In this document: positions 33,378-37,806 of the stretch, in pieces | How the letters are laid out: each line of letters begins with the position of its first letter | How positions within the stretch are numbered: the stretch's first letter is position 1 | From: an uncultured Desulfobacteraceae bacterium | GTDB taxonomy: Bacteria > Desulfobacterota > Desulfobacteria > Desulfobacterales > UBA5616 | DNA length: 37,806 nucleotides | Direction: 5' to 3' | NCBI GenBank assembly: GCA_964440555.1 | Contig: CAYTSY010000012.1 | Location: forward strand, 1-37,806 | Notes under the pieces: model-generated | Told to the model about the DNA's origin: nothing | Seen by the model: only the letters and a program-made list of their open reading frames with translations | Database searches by the model: none | Position numbers and translations under genes: made by a program

Positions 33378-33406
33378 TTGACACGCTCTATCATTCCAGA
33401 TATATA
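33378..33406 (+). promoter_or_regulatory. Near-consensus sigma70-type promoter for the REC-GGDEF gene
   Basis: TTGACA (33378-33383), a 17-nt spacer, then TATATA (33401-33406). It would give a ~115-nt leader containing several 6-7 bp hairpins (e.g. GCCGGA...TCCGGC, GTTGCCG...CGGCAAC). Confidence 0.55.
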
Positions 33407-33527
33407 GCCAATTTACAATCAAAAAAAGCGTCTTTTATCAAACGTCGCAGCCGGATGTCAAGTCCGGCAGCCCCCTCTCCGGCAAAATGTTGCCGAAAGG
33501 AGTAGACACGCGGCAACAGGCAAACAC

Positions 33528-34427
33528 ATGATCGATGCCCACATTCTTATCGTTGACGATGACCCCGACGTCAGAACTCCGCTTGAAGAGTTCATTGTAC
33601 AGTCGGGTTTCAGCGCCTCTACGGCGTCTTCCGCTGAAGAGGCGATGGCAATCTTGGAGTCGAACTCCGTGAATCTGGTAATCACCGATATTTCCCTTCC
33701 GGGAATGGATGGACTTGAATTTACGGATTTGATCAAAAAAAAATTTGATGCGGACGTCATCGTCATCACCGGGTACAGTGCCGACTATTCTTATGAAGAG
33801 GTCATCAATAAAGGCGCCAGCGACCTTATCTTCAAACCGGTCCGTTTCAGGGAGCTGATGCTGAGGCTCAAGCGGGTGTTGACGGAAAGGCAGCTCAACC
33901 AGGAAAGGCTCCGGATGCTGGCAGAGCTTAAAAACCTCGCCATCACGGACGGCCTGACGCGGCTTTATAATTCCCGGCATTTTTACAGTCAGGTCGAGCT
34001 TGAGATGGACCGATCCGTCCGGTACCGGCATCCCCTTTCCCTGGTGTTGTTCGACATCGACCATTTTAAAAATTACAACGATACATACGGTCATCTGGAA
34101 GGCGACAAGGTTTTGCTGCGGATCGCTCAAACCGCCAAATCCTGCCTGCGCGCCATGGATACGGCGTACCGTTACGGGGGCGAGGAATTCACCGTCATCC
34201 TGCCGGAAACCGTGGGCACGGAAGCCTTGAAGGTCGGGGAGAGAATCAGAAACGCCATTGAAAAAGAAAAGTTTATCCAGAATTCCCACATTGTCACGAT
34301 TACTATCAGCGTCGGGGTGACCCAGCACATCTACAATGAGAGCGCCTCCTCCTTTGTCAAACGGGCGGATCAGGCCATGTACCTGTCCAAGGAAAAAGGG
34401 CGCAACAGGGTTTCGCTGCTGACTTAA
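33528..34427 (+). CDS. Response regulator receiver fused to a GGDEF diguanylate cyclase (PleD/WspR-like)
   Basis: The REC domain shows ILIVDDDPDV...DISLPGMDGLEF...KP. The GGDEF domain shows DGLTRLYNSRHF, FDIDHFKNYNDTYGH, an active-site GGEEF, and an RAMD I-site (RxxD) five residues upstream. Confidence 0.92.
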   Translation: MIDAHILIVDDDPDVRTPLEEFIVQSGFSASTASSAEEAMAILESNSVNLVITDISLPGMDGLEFTDLIKKKFDADVIVITGYSADYSYEEVINKGASDLIFKPVRFRELMLRLKRVLTERQLNQERLRMLAELKNLAITDGLTRLYNSRHFYSQVELEMDRSVRYRHPLSLVLFDIDHFKNYNDTYGHLEGDKVLLRIAQTAKSCLRAMDTAYRYGGEEFTVILPETVGTEALKVGERIRNAIEKEKFIQNSHIVTITISVGVTQHIYNESASSFVKRADQAMYLSKEKGRNRVSLLT

Positions 34428-35395
34428 AGCTTCAGCTCAACCCGAAGCAGCAGATCCCCTCTTTGTCCGTCGGGCATTATTTTCCCAAGTCCTTTGAGCC
34501 TCAACAGACTGCCTTGCTTTACTCCCGGCGGAATAGTGACGTTGACCAACCGCTTTTGAAATCCCCAGGGGATGTTCACTGTCTTTTTGGCCCCGGCAAG
34601 GGCCTCGTAGTGGGTGATGGTGATGGCGCCGTATAAGTCGGCATTCTGTTCCGGGATACCGGGCCGGATCACCTGAAGCCGGGGAGATGTTTTCCGGGCT
34701 GTTTTCCCCCGGATTTTTTCATTCATCCCTGAAACCGGCATTTTCATAAAAAGCTTCAGCAAAACAATCCCGAAAACAAACCCCCCGATATGGGCCCACC
34801 AGGCAATGCCGGCGCCTCCACCGGTGCTTCCCGCGGCGCTTAGAACTTGCAGGACGAACCAGAGACCGATGAATACAAAAGCCGGAATCTCAACAAACCA
34901 GGGAATAAAAATAATGGGAATGAGCGTCAATATTCTGGATCGGGGGTAAAGGATGAAATATGCGCCCATGACCCCGGCGATGGCGCCGCTCGCCCCGATG
35001 GTCGGGACATTCGAGTATGCATTCGACAGCAGGTGGACTAAGCCCGATGCGATGCCGCTGAGAACATAGAACATCAGATACCGGAAATGTCCCACCCGGT
35101 CTTCCACGTTGTCGCCGAAAATGTACAAGGACCACATGTTGCCCAGCAGATGCACAAACCCGCCATGCAAAAACATAAAAGAAAACAAGGAGAAAAATTG
35201 CTGCCCCAGGGGAAAATAGGAAGAAATCTGTGGAACGACGTAACGGGCCGGAACCAGTCCGTAAACATAAATAAATTTTTCCAGATCCGGGCCCTGGGCC
35301 ATCTGAGCCATATAGACCAGGACGTTTGCGGCGATGAGGGATAGGTTGACCACCGGATAATTGCTTGAAGGGCTTGTGTCTCGCAGTGGGATCAT
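34424..35395 (-). CDS. Rhomboid-family intramembrane serine protease with a C-terminal DnaJ-C-terminal-like domain
   Basis: The rhomboid core shows HGGFVHLLGNMW, catalytic GASGAIAG and AHIGGFVFG. The C-terminal ~70 aa (ITHYEALAGAKKTVNIPWG...VTIPPGVKQGSLLRLKGLGKIMPDGQRGDLLLRVELKL) resemble DnaJ/CbpA CTD. Confidence 0.85.
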   Translation of the reverse strand: MIPLRDTSPSSNYPVVNLSLIAANVLVYMAQMAQGPDLEKFIYVYGLVPARYVVPQISSYFPLGQQFFSLFSFMFLHGGFVHLLGNMWSLYIFGDNVEDRVGHFRYLMFYVLSGIASGLVHLLSNAYSNVPTIGASGAIAGVMGAYFILYPRSRILTLIPIIFIPWFVEIPAFVFIGLWFVLQVLSAAGSTGGGAGIAWWAHIGGFVFGIVLLKLFMKMPVSGMNEKIRGKTARKTSPRLQVIRPGIPEQNADLYGAITITHYEALAGAKKTVNIPWGFQKRLVNVTIPPGVKQGSLLRLKGLGKIMPDGQRGDLLLRVELKL

Positions 35396-35401
35396 GATTA
35401 T

Positions 35402-36244
35402 CTATACAGAGTCGCCGGATCTCAGGATCTTCATGCTCAAATCCACGGATCTGGCCGAATGGGTCAAAGCGCCCGATGAGATGATGTCTGCGCCCGTACC
35501 GGCAAGTTCGGCGAGCCTTTCCTTTGTGACGTTCCCGGATACTTCCACGACGGCCCGATGGTTGATAACGGCGACGGCTTCCCGGATCCGCTCAAGATCC
35601 ATGTTATCGAGCATGACCACATCGACTTTCGCCCGCAACGCTTCCCGGACCTGATCCAGATTCGATACCTCAGCCTCGATCTTGACCAGATGGTGGACTT
35701 CACGCCTGATTTTTTCAACGGCGTTTGTAATTCCGCCGGCGGCGGCGATATGGTTGTCCTTGATCAATACCCCGTCATAGAGCCCCATGCGGTGGTTACA
35801 GGCGCCGCCGACCCGCACGGCGTATTTTTCCAGAAACCGAAGCCCGGGCGTGGTCTTGCGGGTGTCCACCAGCTTTGCCCGGCTTAAGCCGAGTTCCCGG
35901 ACCCAGGACCGCACCAGGGTCGCGATTCCGGAAAGATGCTGCAAAAAATTCAGCGCCGTCCGCTCGCCCATGAGCAGGGTTCTCATTTTACCTTCGATTT
36001 CCAGCACAATATCGCCTTTTTGGATTTCATCGCCGTCGCAAAACGAGGAAGTAAATTCCACCGGCGTCCCCAGGTATTCGAATACCCGCTTGGCCACCTC
36101 CAAACCGGCAATAATCAGGGGTTCCTTAGCCACGATCACAGCCCTGCCCGTTTCGGCAAAAGAAACCAGATTCTCCGTCGTGATATCCGCGGGACCGATA
36201 TCTTCCGCCAGCGCGATTTTAATCAGATCGTCTATTGAATGCAT
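35402..36244 (-). CDS. nadC: Nicotinate-nucleotide pyrophosphorylase (quinolinate phosphoribosyltransferase)
   Basis: ALAEDIGPADITT, DTRKTTPGLR, IKDNHI and MLDNM are present, and the length is 280 aa. Confidence 0.93.
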   Translation of the reverse strand: MHSIDDLIKIALAEDIGPADITTENLVSFAETGRAVIVAKEPLIIAGLEVAKRVFEYLGTPVEFTSSFCDGDEIQKGDIVLEIEGKMRTLLMGERTALNFLQHLSGIATLVRSWVRELGLSRAKLVDTRKTTPGLRFLEKYAVRVGGACNHRMGLYDGVLIKDNHIAAAGGITNAVEKIRREVHHLVKIEAEVSNLDQVREALRAKVDVVMLDNMDLERIREAVAVINHRAVVEVSGNVTKERLAELAGTGADIISSGALTHSARSVDLSMKILRSGDSV

Positions 36245-36250
36245 AGGATA

Positions 36251-36314
36251 GGTTATGGGTTATGGGTTCGAGGAAACAATGTTGTGTTTATTGACTCATC
36301 ACTCATCACTGGTC
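36251..36314. repeat. Two heptamer arrays (GGTTATG x2-3; ACTCATC x2-3) in the valS-nadC spacer
   Basis: Read directly: ggttatg ggttatg ggttcga (36251-36271) and actcatc actcatc actggtc (36294-36314). Confidence 0.8.
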
Positions 36315-37806
36315 TATGCCAGCGCCCGGATCTTGTCCAGATTGGCCTGGAGTTTTTGTTGCTTTTCAAGAAAATCCGCTTCTTTTTCCTTTACCTTTTC
36401 CTTCACATCCCCGGGGGCCTTGGCCAGAAAATCGGCGTTGTTTAGCTTTTTGGCGACCTGGGTCAGATCTTTGGCAATTTTATTGAGATCTTTCTCAAGC
36501 CGGTCCGTTTCTTTTGCAAAATCAATCACCCCTGCAAGCGGAACCCATATCGTAGCCCCGCTCACAACTGAAAACGCCGATGATCGGGGGCGCTCCCCGG
36601 CCGACCGGATATCTGCTCTCGTGAGACGGGCCAGGTTGCACAGGGTCTCCTGCTCTGCAGCCAGAAGATTTCGGATCCCCTCTTCCGGGCAATCCATGAT
36701 AACCTCCAGGGCCATTGACGGTGAAATATTCATCTCCCCCCGGATATTGCGGATCCCGGTGATGACGTCCGCGATGATTTTCATGTCAGACTCCGCAGGT
36801 TCATCGATCCCGCGCCCCATATCAGGCTTCCGGTCGGAAAGCCAAGCGGCACGCATGATCGAGCCCTCCGTCCCCGGGAGCTTATGCCAGATTTCCTCGG
36901 TCACAAAGGGGATAAACGGATGGAGCAGAATCAGCGTTTCCTTTACCACATGCCATAGCACAGCCAGGGCCGCATTCTTTTTCTCTTCCCCTTTGTCTCC
37001 GTATAAAACCGGCTTGACGGCTTCCAGGTGCCAGTCGCAGAATTCATGCCAGACAAACTGGTACAGGGCTCCTGCAGCCTCGTTGAACCGGTAATTGTCC
37101 AGGGCCTCTTCAACGATTTGCGCCGTCCGGTTAAGCCGGGACAGAATCCACCTGTCAAAAAGCGACACGTTGTCAAAATCGATATCTTCATACCCACGCT
37201 TGAGGTGCATCAGGGAAAAACGGGCCGCATTCCATATCTTATTGATAAAATGGCGGTAACCCTCAACGCGTTTTTCCGACATCTTGATGTCTCTTCCCTG
37301 GGCGGCAAAAGCTGCCAGCGTAAACCGGAACGCATCGGTCCCGTAGGATTCGATCACGGTCAACGGGTCGATGACATTGCCCTTGGACTTGCTCATTTTT
37401 TTTCCATCCTCGTCGCGGACCAGGGCATGGACGTAAACGTCTTTAAAGGGAACGTCTCCCATGAAATGAATTCCCATCATCATCATCCGGGCTATCCAGA
37501 AAAAGAGAATGTCAAAGCCGGTGACCAGAACAGCGGTGGGATAGTATTTTTTCAATAAATCGGTTTGCTCCGGCCACCCCATGGTGGAAAACGGCCACAG
37601 GGCCGAGCTGAACCAGGTGTCCAGAACGTCGGTTTCCTGAATCAGAGCGCTGCTCCCGCAGGCGGGGCAGGTTCCCGGCGATTCCATTTCAACGATCACT
37701 TCGCCGCAGGCCTCGCAGGTCCAGGCGGGAATCCGGTGTCCCCACCAGATCTGACGGCTGATGCACCAGTCCCGGATATTTTCCATCCAGTCAAAATAGG
37801 TTTTGG
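36314..37806 (-). CDS. valS: Valyl-tRNA synthetase, C-terminal ~497 codons (5' part lies beyond the window end)
   Basis: The frame is open to the window edge (...[28 protein letters not shown]). KMSKSKGN and a C-terminal coiled coil ([25 protein letters not shown]) are present. Stop TAG at 36314-36316. Confidence 0.95.
   Translation of the reverse strand, partial: KTYFDWMENIRDWCISRQIWWGHRIPAWTCEACGEVIVEMESPGTCPACGSSALIQETDVLDTWFSSALWPFSTMGWPEQTDLLKKYYPTAVLVTGFDILFFWIARMMMMGIHFMGDVPFKDVYVHALVRDEDGKKMSKSKGNVIDPLTVIESYGTDAFRFTLAAFAAQGRDIKMSEKRVEGYRHFINKIWNAARFSLMHLKRGYEDIDFDNVSLFDRWILSRLNRTAQIVEEALDNYRFNEAAGALYQFVWHEFCDWHLEAVKPVLYGDKGEEKKNAALAVLWHVVKETLILLHPFIPFVTEEIWHKLPGTEGSIMRAAWLSDRKPDMGRGIDEPAESDMKIIADVITGIRNIRGEMNISPSMALEVIMDCPEEGIRNLLAAEQETLCNLARLTRADIRSAGERPRSSAFSVVSGATIWVPLAGVIDFAKETDRLEKDLNKIAKDLTQVAKKLNNADFLAKAPGDVKEKVKEKEADFLEKQQKLQANLDKIRALA

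Noticed and set aside
34424-34427. Overlapping convergent stop codons (TTAA) of the GGDEF and rhomboid genes.
   Set aside because: The 4-nt overlap of convergent genes is real, but it is a common consequence of compact genomes. No functional implication can be supported.
1-37806. Mobile genetic elements, prophage, defence islands, rRNA and tRNA genes.
   Set aside because: I recognised no integrase, transposase, recombinase, phage structural, restriction, toxin-antitoxin or cas-like motif in any frame. No intergenic spacer is long enough or has cloverleaf-like features for a tRNA. The only rearrangement signal is the RND gene remnant at 1439-1582.

Overview
The window looks like a chromosomal segment from an anaerobic Desulfobacterota-like (deltaproteobacterial) organism. 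That assignment is inferred from gene content (multihaem cytochrome, HdrD/CCG protein, family III CoA-transferase, acyl-CoA dehydrogenases, Hbd) and a GC content of roughly 55% by eye. About 30 protein-coding genes are supported. I saw no rRNA, tRNA, CRISPR array, transposase or integrase. Gene order: cusA-like 3' end, YVTN beta-propeller, an RND gene remnant, a tandem-fused CoA-transferase, then pfk and kdsD. Next comes a four-gene MacAB/NodT-type ABC efflux operon on the minus strand, followed by an FAD oxidoreductase and two acyl-CoA dehydrogenases. A tightly packed operon follows: lipA, an 11-haem cytochrome c fused to a NarI-like membrane domain, a GcvH-like protein and an HdrD-like protein. 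After that: MFS transporter, meaB, hbd, ndk, trmJ-like, two secreted proteins of unknown role (FN3x3 plus FGE-fold; alpha/alpha-toroid), NMO/FabK-like, leuD, leuC, an interrupted lepA, REC-GGDEF, a rhomboid fused to a DnaJ-C-like domain, nadC and a partial valS. The strongest candidate for an undescribed system is the lipA/cytochrome/GcvH-like/HdrD-like operon. I read it as a membrane HdrDE/DsrMK-like redox module that may use a lipoylated GcvH-like protein as its dithiol/disulfide carrier. Other points of interest: 7-nt-periodic tandem and inverted repeats fill many short intergenic spacers, including a dispersed TGAATCG family. lepA carries an in-frame TAG and a degenerate P-loop. The fused CoA-transferase has asymmetric active sites. 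All homology calls come from motif recognition by eye; no searches were run.
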